A stretch of 64,000 nucleotides of DNA from Planctomycetota bacterium (lineage in GTDB: Bacteria > Planctomycetota > GCA-002687715 > CAIWVZ01): NCBI GenBank assembly GCA_044222185.1, contig JBGANV010000003.1, forward strand, positions 800,001 to 864,000, written 5' to 3'. This document shows positions 50,103 to 60,232 of this stretch, in pieces. The notes under the pieces are model-generated. The model searched no databases and was not told the DNA's origin. It worked only from the letters and a program-made list of their open reading frames with translations. Positions within the stretch are counted from its first letter, which is position 1. The number at the start of each line of letters is the position of its first letter. A program made the translations under genes and the position numbers.

Positions 50103-50867
50103 TCAGAGCCGCAGCGCCTCCGCCTCTTCCGTCGCTTCGGAGAACGAGACGTGGAGGTGGAGGACGGCAAGTGCCGGGAAGAGCTGGCGCACCGAGCGAC
50201 CGAGGGATCGCCGGACGCAATCCATGCGCGTCCAGGCCTCGGCGAGCGTGCCCAGGTTCTCGCGAAGGAAGCGCAGGGTGCGCGAGATGGAGGGCATGGT
50301 CCCCGGACGATGCACGGCATCACGCAAGGCGACGGCAGTGCGCGCGAGCGAACCACCGCCGGGAGCGGTCGAGCCCACGTCGCGCGTCATCCGATGGAGC
50401 CCGGCGAAGACGAATCCGATGGCTTCCGCGGAGAGGCCCACGCGCGTCAGCGCCTCGGTGACGGCCGGCACGGCGTCGGCGATCGCTTCGACGTCGACGC
50501 GCTCGGCGGGGCTCATCTCGCGCAGGACACGCGACGCGACGTGGTCGAAGAGGATGCGCTCGACCTCCCGTTCCGAGAGTCCTGGGTAGATGGAAAGACC
50601 GACGCGACGCGCCGTCGCGAGCAGGATCTCCCACCAGTTGTGATTGCGCAGCGGGAGGAGTTGGCGATCCGGCCCGTGTGACCGGGCCTGCAGCCCACGC
50701 AGGTCGGCGTTGATGATGAGCCAGGCTTCCGCCGCGCGATCGCCTGCCGCGCGTTCGAGATTCACGCCGAGGAGGCGGGCGATGCCGTGGCGAAGCGAGG
50801 CCGACATGGAGGTCAGCAACTGGAACGGGCGGTTCACGCCCTGGGCTGCGGCTCGACTGTTGAGCAT
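50103..50867 (-). CDS. hypothetical protein, YaaW/UPF0174-like
   Basis: WWEILLATARRVGL...SEREVERILFDHV...EMSPAER resembles the YaaW helical motif; start uncertain (50807, 50867 or 50930). Confidence 0.55.
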   Translation of the reverse strand: MLNSRAAAQGVNRPFQLLTSMSASLRHGIARLLGVNLERAAGDRAAEAWLIINADLRGLQARSHGPDRQLLPLRNHNWWEILLATARRVGLSIYPGLSEREVERILFDHVASRVLREMSPAERVDVEAIADAVPAVTEALTRVGLSAEAIGFVFAGLHRMTRDVGSTAPGGGSLARTAVALRDAVHRPGTMPSISRTLRFLRENLGTLAEAWTRMDCVRRSLGRSVRQLFPALAVLHLHVSFSEATEEAEALRL

Positions 50868-50975
50868 GGCGTCACTCGATCGGAGCTGCCGCGCGTGGAG
50901 GCGCGGTCCGTGGCCGTGCAAAGTACTCACCCGTGGACCTTTCGGCAGCCGTCACGCTGAAACCTGACCCCCCGC

Positions 50976-53900
50976 TCACATATTCCGGCGGTACTCCCCG
51001 CCCACTTCGAACAGCGCGCGGGTGATCTGCCCCAGGCTCAGGTGGCGGACGGCCTGCATCAGCTCGGCGAAGACGTTCCCCGCCGGATCGAGAGCAATCC
51101 GTTGGAGGCGCTCGACGGCGACCTGGGCCTGCGCCGCGTGTGCGGCCTGGAAGGCCTCGAGCTCGGCGATGCGGCGGTTCTTCTCCTCGACCGTGCTGCG
51201 GGTCAGCTCGATCCGATCCATGGCTGCGGCGTGGTCCTGGGTCTCGTCGACGTAGGTGTTGACCCCGATGATCGGCAGCTCGCCCGTGTGCTTCTTCCGC
51301 TCGTAGAGGAGCGACTCCTCCTGGATCTTCGTGCGTTGGTACTGGGTTTCCATGGAACCGAGAACGCCGCCACGCTCCGAGATGCGCTCGAACTCGGCGA
51401 GGACGGCCTCCTCCACCAGATCCGTGAGCTCCTCGACGACGAACGAGCCCTGGAGCGGGTTCTCGTTCTTCATGATCCCGTGCTCGCGGTTGATGATCAT
51501 CTGGATCGCCATGGCGCGACGCACCGACTCCTCCGTCGGCGTCGTGACGGCCTCGTCGTAGGCGTTCGTGTGGAGCGAATTGCAGTTGTCCTGCAACGCG
51601 ATCAGCGCCTGAAGCGTCGTCCGAATGTCGTTGAAGTCGATCTCCTGCGCGTGCAACGACCGTCCGCTCGTCTGGATGTGGTACTTGAGCTTCTGGCTCC
51701 GGTCGTTGCCCTGGTAGAGGTCGCGCAACGCAACCGCCCAGATCCGCCGCGCCACGCGACCCAGCACCGTGTACTCGGCATCGAGACCGTTGCTGAAGAA
51801 GAACGAGAGGTTGGGCGCGACGTCGTCCACCTTCATGCCGCGCGAGATGTAGTACTCGAGGTAGGTGAACCCGTTCGCGAGCGTGAACGCGAGCTGCGAG
51901 ATCGGATTCGCCCCGGCCTCGGCGATGTGGTACCCCGAGATCGACACCGAATAGTAGTTGCGCACGCGGTTGTCGATGAAGAACTGCTGCATGTCCCCCA
52001 TCATCCGCAGGGCGAATTCCGTGGAGAAAATGCAGGTGTTCTGGGCCTGATCCTCTTTCAGGATGTCGGCCTGCACGGTGCCGCGCACGACTTCGAGGGT
52101 TTGGGCCACGAGCTTCGCGTGCTCGTCAGGAGCCGGCACGCGCCCGCGCTCGGAGCGGAAGCGGTCGACCTGCTGATCGATCGCCGTGTTCAGGAACATC
52201 GCGAGGATCGTCGGCGCGGGGCCGTTGATCGTCATGGAGACGCTGGTGTTCGGATCGCAGAGGTCGAAACCCGCGAAGAGCTTCTTCATGTCGTCGAGCG
52301 TGCAGATGCTGACGCCCGACTCGCCGATCTTTCCGTAGATGTCCGGCCGCGTCGCCGGATCCTGCCCGTAGAGAGTCACCGAGTCGAACGCCGTCGACAG
52401 ACGTTTCGCCGCGTCGTTCCGCGAAAGGTAGTGGAAGCGCCGGTTCGTCCGCTCGGGGGGGCCTTCACCGGCGAACTGGCGCTTGGGGTCTTCGTCGGCG
52501 CGGCGAAGTTCGAACACGCCGGCCGTGAACGGGAACCGGCCGGGCAGGTTCTCCGTCATGAGGTAGCGCAGGATCTCGGCGCGGCTCGTGGTCCTCGGCA
52601 GCGCCACCTTGGGGACGAGCACGCCGGACAACGTCACACTCCACAGCGGTCGTCGCAGTTCCTTGTCGCGAACCTTCGAAACGAGTTCCGGAGCCCGGTA
52701 GGCCTGGAGGGTCCTGGGCCAATCCTCCAACGCCCTCCGCGCCTCGGGCGACAACGCCTCACGGGCCTCGTCCGCCATCTTCGTGAGCCGATCGAGGAGC
52801 GCAGGCTCGGCCGATCGGGCCTTCAGGGCCTCGATCGTGATCTCGAAGCTTTCCAGGCGCCGCACGGTTTCAACGTCGAGGCCGGCGCGCGTCCGATAGC
52901 GGCGGCAGGTCTCGGACACCTCGGCGAGGTATCGCTGGCGCGGCCCCGGAATCACGCGACTGCGAACGGCGGAATAGGGCTTCGTCTCGGTGGCGAAGCG
53001 CGTCTTCCAGCTCACCTGGGTCTTCCGCTCGATGGCGCGCAGCATCTCCAGGTACGCGGCCGTGACCCCGTGGTCGCCGAACTGTGCCGAGATCGTGCCG
53101 AACACGGGCAGCGCGTCGTCACCCGGCTCGTGGAACAGATTGCGGCTGCGGCGATACTGCTTGCGCACGTCGCGCAACGCATCGAGGGCCGCGGGCCGCT
53201 CGAATTTGTTCAGGACGATGATGTCGGCGAGATCGATCATGTCGATCTTCTCGAGCTGTGAGGCGGCGCCGTACTCCGGCGTCATGACGTAGATGCTCAC
53301 GTCCGAGATGTCGACGATCGACGATTCGCCTTGCCCGATCCCGGACGTCTCCACGAGCACGAGGTCGTGGCCCGCACCTTTCATGATGTCGATGGAGTCC
53401 CGGATGGCTGCCGACAGCGACGCGCCCGAGGCGCGAGTCGCCAGGCTCCGCATGAACACGCGCGGGTCGTTGATCGCGTTCATGCGGATGCGATCGCCCA
53501 AGAGCGCACCGCCGGTCTTTCGTTTCGTGGGGTCGACTGAAAGGACGGCCACCGTCTGCTTGGGGAAATCGAGGAGGAACCGACGGACGAGTTCGTCGAT
53601 GAACGACGACTTGCCGGCCCCACCCGTTCCCGTGACGCCGACGACGGGCACGCGCTTCGAGGTCGCCCGGTGGCGAAGTTCCGTGAGGTGGATGCGTGAC
53701 CCCGTCACGACCGAGGGCTCGTCCAGCTCGACCATGGTGACGAGACGCCCGAGCGTGCCCCCTGTCGATTGCCCGGCCGTCACGCCGTTCAGCTTGTCGA
53801 GTGCCGGCGGTGTGAAGTCGCAGGCCTCGATCATGGAGTTGATCATCCCCTCAAGGCCGAGTTTCCGGCCGTCCTCGGGCGAGAAGATCTTCGTCACTCC

Positions 53901-54245
53901 GTAGGCGTGAAGTTCCTCGGCCTCCCGCGGGACGATGGTTCCGCCCCCGCCTCCGAAGATCTTGATGTGCCCGGCCCCCTTCTGGACGAGGAGGTCGCGC
54001 ATGTACTTGAAGAACTCGACGTGACCGCCCTGGTACGACGAGACGGCAATCCCCTGGGCGTCCTCTTGGATCGCGGCGTTGACGATCTCGTCGACCGAAC
54101 GGTTGTGGCCGAGGTGGATCACCTCGCACCCGGCGGACTGGAGCAGGCGCCGCATGATGTTGATCGAGGCATCGTGTCCGTCGAACAACGACGCGGCCGT
54201 GACGAAACGAACGTGGTGCTTCGGCTTGGAGAGGGTGGTCTGCAT
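50976..54245 (-). CDS. icmF: fused isobutyryl-CoA mutase / MeaI GTPase
   Basis: B12-binding domain ([14 protein letters not shown]), [20 protein letters not shown], mutase [28 protein letters not shown]. Confidence 0.95.
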   Translation of the reverse strand: MQTTLSKPKHHVRFVTAASLFDGHDASINIMRRLLQSAGCEVIHLGHNRSVDEIVNAAIQEDAQGIAVSSYQGGHVEFFKYMRDLLVQKGAGHIKIFGGGGGTIVPREAEELHAYGVTKIFSPEDGRKLGLEGMINSMIEACDFTPPALDKLNGVTAGQSTGGTLGRLVTMVELDEPSVVTGSRIHLTELRHRATSKRVPVVGVTGTGGAGKSSFIDELVRRFLLDFPKQTVAVLSVDPTKRKTGGALLGDRIRMNAINDPRVFMRSLATRASGASLSAAIRDSIDIMKGAGHDLVLVETSGIGQGESSIVDISDVSIYVMTPEYGAASQLEKIDMIDLADIIVLNKFERPAALDALRDVRKQYRRSRNLFHEPGDDALPVFGTISAQFGDHGVTAAYLEMLRAIERKTQVSWKTRFATETKPYSAVRSRVIPGPRQRYLAEVSETCRRYRTRAGLDVETVRRLESFEITIEALKARSAEPALLDRLTKMADEAREALSPEARRALEDWPRTLQAYRAPELVSKVRDKELRRPLWSVTLSGVLVPKVALPRTTSRAEILRYLMTENLPGRFPFTAGVFELRRADEDPKRQFAGEGPPERTNRRFHYLSRNDAAKRLSTAFDSVTLYGQDPATRPDIYGKIGESGVSICTLDDMKKLFAGFDLCDPNTSVSMTINGPAPTILAMFLNTAIDQQVDRFRSERGRVPAPDEHAKLVAQTLEVVRGTVQADILKEDQAQNTCIFSTEFALRMMGDMQQFFIDNRVRNYYSVSISGYHIAEAGANPISQLAFTLANGFTYLEYYISRGMKVDDVAPNLSFFFSNGLDAEYTVLGRVARRIWAVALRDLYQGNDRSQKLKYHIQTSGRSLHAQEIDFNDIRTTLQALIALQDNCNSLHTNAYDEAVTTPTEESVRRAMAIQMIINREHGIMKNENPLQGSFVVEELTDLVEEAVLAEFERISERGGVLGSMETQYQRTKIQEESLLYERKKHTGELPIIGVNTYVDETQDHAAAMDRIELTRSTVEEKNRRIAELEAFQAAHAAQAQVAVERLQRIALDPAGNVFAELMQAVRHLSLGQITRALFEVGGEYRRNM

Positions 54246-54869
54246 GGCGCTCGCGACCTGGTCGCGGATCCCGACCGCCTCCCCGGTGACGCCCACCACA
54301 CGGGAAAACCTGCCCGGCCGCGCGGGGGTCACGGTATCGCGCGCCTGTTGGAGCGGCAAATCTCGGGTGCGGCCCCACTTCGGCGTGGTTTTCGGACGCG
54401 ATCGCGTGGGAGGGGTGTGGCGGAAGCGATGTCCCACGACTTCGATCGTCGGACGGCGGGATTCACGGGGGGCCGGCACGGCGACGCGCCCGCGACCAAG
54501 CCACGTCCATTCCGGTCAGCGAGGCGCGCTCGGATTCGGCGATCGTGAGCCTCCGTGAGCTCGGCACCCGCAAGACTTGCGCACGGCCGCTCGCCGGACG
54601 TCGGGAGGCTGCGGCCGGACGGCGCATCGGGGCACGGGTCCATCCGGCGGGGACTCGGCCCGCAGGCGCTCGACCGCGGACGTGAGAAAAACTGCGCAGC
54701 CGACTTGCCCGGGGTGTACCCCCGATCCGTAGAATCCGGCGACCTGTCTCGTCAGAACCCTGCGCTCTTGCCGTGCGCGGGAATGCGGCACGAAATCCAA
54801 CTCACGATCGCGACTGAGGCTCTTGACCGGGTCGGCTTCGGAGGCTCTCTCTTGTGGGGGCCTCGGGAC

Positions 54870-54985
54870 AAAAACGGTTGGCGGAGGGCGGCGGTCCGAG
54901 GAGTGAAGGTTGGAGAGAGATGAGAGTTACATTTGCCGTTTTGATGAGAGAGGTGTGAAGCGAGGCCCACACGCCCTCCGCCATG
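54870..54985 (-). ncRNA. candidate small structured RNA; strand uncertain
   Basis: Perfect 12-bp inverted repeat enclosing an 81-nt strand-biased loop; -10-like TATACG upstream and a U-tract downstream on the minus strand. Confidence 0.35.
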
Positions 54986-55192
54986 TCCACTCGTATAGGC
55001 GCGACCCCCACCCGAAAACGGAAAAAAAAGTCCGAGCTTTTTTGAACGGTGACGACAAGTCGTTCTGATCAGCCGACTTAGTCTCCCGCGGAGACCGGGG
55101 CGCGCCGTCCGCGACCGCTCAGCCACGTCGCGCGGACCTCGGCTATGATCCGCGCCACCTTGCGGTCCCGCGTCCGTTCCCTGGAGACATTC

Positions 55193-56776
55193 ATGCGCTG
55201 GTCCCTGCACCTTTGCGTCCTTGCCCTGACAGGAAACCTGATCGCCCAGGCGCCGGCAGTGAAGCCGCCGCCCCAATCCGCAGCTCCCGGCTTCCAGACC
55301 ATCAACCCGGACGACTGCAAGAAGTGGCTGTCGGTGCTGGCCAGCGACGACTTCGAGGGCCGCGAGGCCGGGACGCCGGGCTTCCAGAAGGCGGCCGACT
55401 TCGTCGCGGCGCACTTCAAGGAGCTCGGGCTCAAGCCGATCGGAGACCCGGGCGCGGACGGCAAGCCGACCTACTTCCAGAACGTCCCGTTCGTCGCCGG
55501 CAGCCTGAACGACGCGACCGCCGTCTTCGAGATCTCCGGCGGCTCGTCGGGCCCGATCGCCCTGAAGGTCGGCGAAGGCTTTGGCGGATGGGGCAGCCAG
55601 AACGTCGCGGCCAGCGGCACCGTCGCATTCCTCGCGGCGAAAACCAGCACGAAGAAGCTGCCCGAGCACAGCATGGCCGGACAGATCGTCTTTCTCGTCG
55701 GCCTCGACGATCAGGGCAACCCGGCGGCGGCCCTCGGACGGCTCGGGGCCGCGCTCAAGAACCTCGGTGCCGAACTCGTCGTTCGCGTGAACGACGTCCG
55801 CGCAGCTCAGGGCTTCACGCCGTCGAATCCGCAGCGCAAGGACCGGGCCGGGTCGTCCGACGGCACCACGGGCGTGCTGTGCGTCTCACGCGAGGTGGCC
55901 GCAAAGATCGCCAAGGCCGGAGGCAACGACCTCGATCACATCATCAAGGCCGCCAAGGAGCAGGGTTCGCCCTACACGGTCAAGACGAAGCTCAGCGCCA
56001 AGGTCCGCGTGGACGCCGTGACGAAGGACGTTCCGGTCCCCAACGTCGTCGGGATGCTGGAAGGCTCGGACCCGGCCCTGAAGGACGAGTTCGTGATCAT
56101 CGGCAGCCACCTGGATCACATCGGGCGCAGTCCAAACGGCGAGATCAACAACGGCGCCGACGACGACGGGTCGGGATCCACCGGCGTGATGGCCATCAGC
56201 CGCGCGTTCGCGAAGAACGGCTCCATGCCGAAGCGAAGCATCCTCTTCATCTGTGTCTGCGGTGAGGAGAAGGGCCTCCTCGGATCCGATTGGTACGTCG
56301 AGCATCCGATCGTCCCCATCGAGAAGACCGTCGCCGAGCTTCAGATGGACATGATCGGCCGGCGCGAGGAGGCGCACCCCTTCGAGAACCCGGGGAACGA
56401 GAAGGCCGAAGAGAACATCAACACGCTTCACCTGATCGGGTCGCAGCGGCTGTCGACCCAACTTCACGAGATCATCCTGAAGGTCAACTCGGACAACGTC
56501 GGGTTCGAGTTCGAGTACGACCAGGAAGGCGTCTACACGCGAAGCGACCACTACAACTTCGCCCGCAAGGGAATCCCGATCGCGTTCTTCTTCACCGGGT
56601 TCCACACGGACTACCACAAGCCCACGGACGACGTGGAGAAGATCGACTTCCCGAAGCTCGCGCGCGTGGCGAAGCTCGTGTACCTGTCGGCGTGGGGCGT
56701 CGCGGACCGCGAGCAGCGGATCATCGTCGACAAGAAGGGCGAGGACCCGACGCGCGGCGGCCGGCGGAATCGGTGA
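55193..56776 (+). CDS. M28 family aminopeptidase with PA-like insert
   Basis: LASDDFEGREAGTPG, GSHLDH, NGADDDGSG, GEEKGLLGS, DMIGR, RSDHYNF, DYHKPTD. Confidence 0.93.
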   Translation: MRWSLHLCVLALTGNLIAQAPAVKPPPQSAAPGFQTINPDDCKKWLSVLASDDFEGREAGTPGFQKAADFVAAHFKELGLKPIGDPGADGKPTYFQNVPFVAGSLNDATAVFEISGGSSGPIALKVGEGFGGWGSQNVAASGTVAFLAAKTSTKKLPEHSMAGQIVFLVGLDDQGNPAAALGRLGAALKNLGAELVVRVNDVRAAQGFTPSNPQRKDRAGSSDGTTGVLCVSREVAAKIAKAGGNDLDHIIKAAKEQGSPYTVKTKLSAKVRVDAVTKDVPVPNVVGMLEGSDPALKDEFVIIGSHLDHIGRSPNGEINNGADDDGSGSTGVMAISRAFAKNGSMPKRSILFICVCGEEKGLLGSDWYVEHPIVPIEKTVAELQMDMIGRREEAHPFENPGNEKAEENINTLHLIGSQRLSTQLHEIILKVNSDNVGFEFEYDQEGVYTRSDHYNFARKGIPIAFFFTGFHTDYHKPTDDVEKIDFPKLARVAKLVYLSAWGVADREQRIIVDKKGEDPTRGGRRNR

Positions 56777-57945
56777 TGCGGAACCATGCACGGCGCGTCG
56801 CGGGGATCGTCCTCCTCGCTGCCACGGCCGCGCTGACGGCAGCGTGGACGCCGGCGCAGCGCGACGTCTCGCTCGAGACGCTCGTCGGGGCGCTGGAGGG
56901 CCGGCTTGGCGTTCATGCGCGCAACCTCCGGACAGGTCAGGAACTGGCGATCTACTCCGACTCTTCCCATCCCGTCGGCGCGCTTCGACTCCTGCTCGGC
57001 GCGGACTCGCGTCTTTCGGCGGCGCCCGCGACCGACAATGCAAACGCCACTCTGCCCAGCGTCGCATGGGACCACGTCGTGGCGGCGCTTTCGACCGATG
57101 ACCTGGCCGTCGAGCGGCTGGCGTGGAGCGGACTCGGAGCCACGGGCCTGACGATCCGCACCTCCGCAGCCGATCCGCAGTCGACCGTCAATCTGGACTC
57201 TCCGCTCGACGGCCCAGCTCGCCCGATGGCGACGGCGCGTGTCCTCGCCCAGGCGGTCGAGCGCTTGCGCGGTGCGTTCATGCGCGACCCGGCGCACCCG
57301 CTGCGCCGCGCCATGATCGAGGTGGATCGCAAGTGGTTCGGCGCACTCGTCTCTCCCGCGTTCGAAACCGGAGCCGCGCTGACGGCCGTTCCCGGGACCG
57401 CTGGAGCGGCTGGGTGGGTCTCCACGCCAAAGGGCGATCTCGTGATCGCCGCGCTTTCGCACGGGTTCGAGGATGGAGCGGCCGCGGCCAGTCTCCTCCC
57501 GGTCATCGTCGAAGCCTGCGTACGCCGCATCGCCTCCGGCTCGACCGAGCCGGCACGCGAGCCCGATGCCGATCGCACGGCCGGCCTCATCCTCGCGTCC
57601 CTGCACGAAGCGAGGTCGGACGCGGAGCTTTTTGCGAGCGCGCCGTCTGATCTCGACGCCGCTGCCACGGCGCGACGCGCGCGTCATCGCCTGACGTTCA
57701 AGCCGGGCGAAACGATCCGGCTGGCCATCCTGGCCCGCGTCCCGACGCCGACGCGGGTCGCCGTGCAATGGATCCTCCCGGACGGCGCGGGCCGCGCCCC
57801 GTCACCGCAGCGGCTGATCGCTCCGACGACTGGCACGGACCTCACCTTCGACCTGCCGGTGCTCTCCCCCGGCTCCTACCGCGTCCGCTGCAGCTTCGCC
57901 GACCGGATCGCCCTCGACGAGACGATCTACGTGACCGCGAAGTGA
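56776..57945 (+). CDS. secreted class-A beta-lactamase-fold protein lacking catalytic motifs, with C-terminal Ig-like domain
   Basis: GRLGVHARNLRTGQELAI and GWVSTPKGDLVIAALS are serine-hydrolase-like, but SxxK, SDN and KTG are absent; start overlaps the M28 stop (TGATG). Confidence 0.65.
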   Translation: MRNHARRVAGIVLLAATAALTAAWTPAQRDVSLETLVGALEGRLGVHARNLRTGQELAIYSDSSHPVGALRLLLGADSRLSAAPATDNANATLPSVAWDHVVAALSTDDLAVERLAWSGLGATGLTIRTSAADPQSTVNLDSPLDGPARPMATARVLAQAVERLRGAFMRDPAHPLRRAMIEVDRKWFGALVSPAFETGAALTAVPGTAGAAGWVSTPKGDLVIAALSHGFEDGAAAASLLPVIVEACVRRIASGSTEPAREPDADRTAGLILASLHEARSDAELFASAPSDLDAAATARRARHRLTFKPGETIRLAILARVPTPTRVAVQWILPDGAGRAPSPQRLIAPTTGTDLTFDLPVLSPGSYRVRCSFADRIALDETIYVTAK

Positions 57946-58144
57946 GCGGCGTGCCGCGCACGAGGTTCGTGTTCCGACGAGACCACGCGACGAGGCCGCG
58001 CGTCGCGCGAATCGCCCGGCAGCGGTGTCCCGTCCTGGAACGACGCGCTCCGCGCAGCGCGCCGGGCATCGAACGGCTCGGCGAATCGACTCCTGGACGG
58101 CAAGGCGGCGCGTGCGTGCGCCGCCTGCGGTCAGGCCTGCTCGA

Positions 58145-59971
58145 TCAGTTGAAGTCGAACGACAGCGGATCCGACAGGCGGAAGTTGCCGAGATCCAGCG
58201 CCTGGAAGGTGAGCACGAAGCCGAAGGGCACGATCCCGATCAGCGGCGCAAGGTTCAGCGAAAACGCCGTGTCGCCGTTGTTGGCGCCGGCCGCGTCCGT
58301 GAACGTCACGAGGGGGTTCCAGTTGAACGGGTTCGTGGCGGGCCCGCCGTTGAACAGCGACGCGACGAACGGGTCCTGACCGAACGGTGCGAGGAACGCC
58401 GGCGCCATCAGGAACGACGGGTTGTTGATCCCGAGGATGTCCATGTAGAGGTCCGGGAACCCGTTCACGGGCGACAGGTTGGCGGCGCTGTAGCGATCGA
58501 TGAACCCACCGGGAACCTTGAGATCCGCGCGCATGAAGATCGCCAGCGCGCTGCCCGGGATCACGCCCGCCGCGTAGCCGAAGATCGTCTGCGTCGGCGT
58601 CGTCCCGTTGAGCGTGTAGCCGCTGTCCGGGAACGCATCGAGATGGATCGGGTTGCCGAGCACCGGGTCCCATGGGTTCTGGAGATCGACGATGTCGAGG
58701 GCGTCCATGGGCCCTGCCCAGAAGCCGGGAGCGCTCGTCGACGTCACGTTCGAGAACGAGACGTCGTGGTATCCCGCGGCGTTCGGGGTGTTCATCGTCA
58801 CGCCGTTGATCGTGGCGAACGAGCCACCGTTCTGCGTGTCGTAGATCGCGGCGGCGCGCGGGTTCGCGGCTGCGGTGAGGCTCGGGCCACGGCTGTCGAC
58901 GTTGAACCACAGGTGACGGATGGTGAACCCGCGCGGCGTGAGGTTGGGCGCCGACGTCGTGTAGTTGACGTCCATGTCCTTCATGTTCGTGAAGCTCACA
59001 CCCAGGATCGGCGTCGTTCCGCCGTTCGCCAGCGTGACCATGGCGAGCACGTCAGCTGCGTTGTAGACGCGCTGCACGAGGTTCGCGATCGGGTTCGTGA
59101 CGATGCCGTAGGGACCGCTCGGCGTATACGCGCTGCCGGGAATGCGGAACACTTCGCCGGCGAGCACGGGCTGATTCGCGAGGAACGACCCGGGCGCGTC
59201 GAAGAAGCCGGCACCGGAGAACGCGGTGGCGTTCGACGACGTCTGGCCGTCGAACGAGATGTAGATGTCGCCGTTCGATTGATCGACGGCGAATCCGTCC
59301 GTGTTCATCGTGTTGCCCGTGCCAGGCGCCATGCCGAAGAACACTTCGAGATCAGCCTGGCGGATGAAGAAGATGGGCTGCGTCGCGATGGACGGCAGCG
59401 GGTAGAGGTTCGTCGACGCCGGGAAGAGCACCATGTCGGCCCGCTTGATGGCCGCTCCGCGGTACCCGCCCGTGCCGACCGAGTCGGAGAACGTGGACAC
59501 GAACATCTCGTGGATCGTCACCGCCCGGCCTTCCGGCACGAACGGGATGTAGAGGGCGTCGACGCCTGCGAAGTTCGCCGTCTCGTTGTAGAGGCCGTCG
59601 TTGTCGGTGTCACCGCAGATGACGTTGAGTTGCGGGAAGTTCACGACCTCGACGAAGTCCGTCACGCACGGGATGTTGTTCGGGCAACCCGGCACGCCGA
59701 CCTGCTGGGCGTAGCGCGCCTTGTTCGGCACTCCCGGGCGCACGACGGCAACGCCCGGTGAGTTCATCGCCACGGCCTCGTTCACGTAGCCGGCACCGAA
59801 TTGCGGCGTCGGGAACGTGGCGGCGTGCAGGTCCGAGATGAACCCGCCGTTGCCGGATGCGGGCGTCTCCGAGAACCGCGTGGAGAAGTAGACGTACGTG
59901 CTCTGTGGCTGCTGGGCGAACACGGTGGTCGCGAGGAGCGCGATCACCAACGAAGTTGCGAAACGGCTCAT
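58145..59971 (-). CDS. large secreted hypothetical protein
   Basis: GGAG RBS, signal ending VFA-Q, propeller-like repeats (VDAL...MFVST; TDGF...IYISFD; MDALD), shared C-terminal domain. Confidence 0.8.
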   Translation of the reverse strand: MSRFATSLVIALLATTVFAQQPQSTYVYFSTRFSETPASGNGGFISDLHAATFPTPQFGAGYVNEAVAMNSPGVAVVRPGVPNKARYAQQVGVPGCPNNIPCVTDFVEVVNFPQLNVICGDTDNDGLYNETANFAGVDALYIPFVPEGRAVTIHEMFVSTFSDSVGTGGYRGAAIKRADMVLFPASTNLYPLPSIATQPIFFIRQADLEVFFGMAPGTGNTMNTDGFAVDQSNGDIYISFDGQTSSNATAFSGAGFFDAPGSFLANQPVLAGEVFRIPGSAYTPSGPYGIVTNPIANLVQRVYNAADVLAMVTLANGGTTPILGVSFTNMKDMDVNYTTSAPNLTPRGFTIRHLWFNVDSRGPSLTAAANPRAAAIYDTQNGGSFATINGVTMNTPNAAGYHDVSFSNVTSTSAPGFWAGPMDALDIVDLQNPWDPVLGNPIHLDAFPDSGYTLNGTTPTQTIFGYAAGVIPGSALAIFMRADLKVPGGFIDRYSAANLSPVNGFPDLYMDILGINNPSFLMAPAFLAPFGQDPFVASLFNGGPATNPFNWNPLVTFTDAAGANNGDTAFSLNLAPLIGIVPFGFVLTFQALDLGNFRLSDPLSFDFN

Positions 59972-60232
59972 GTACTGGTCTCCAATCGTTGCCGGACCGA
60001 CCGCGCGCCGGTCCTCACTTCACACGTCGACTCGTTGGGAATCACCTGGCGGGGGCCGGGACGTCATCGCGCGCAACCGTAGTGAGCCCGCGTGAAGCCG
60101 ATACAGCCCGCTCGTTGGGGTTCGGCCAAGGGGCGCACCCTGCCCCGGCATGCTGGTGCCGAGCTTAGTGGGAGACTGCTCCGAGCCAAGGGCGCGGTCT
60201 GGAATCCGCGACCGAACCCGGCGTGCGCGAAA

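Noticed and set aside
51042-53261. 739-aa plus-strand ORF
   Set aside because: Antisense shadow of icmF.
54776-54800. GGGAATGCGG...GAAATCC as a cobalamin riboswitch near icmF
   Set aside because: It lies on the strand opposite icmF and lacks the following CCC..CTGT and B12-box elements; an Rfam scan would settle it.
56776-57945. Functional beta-lactamase
   Set aside because: SxxK, SDN and KTG motifs are absent.
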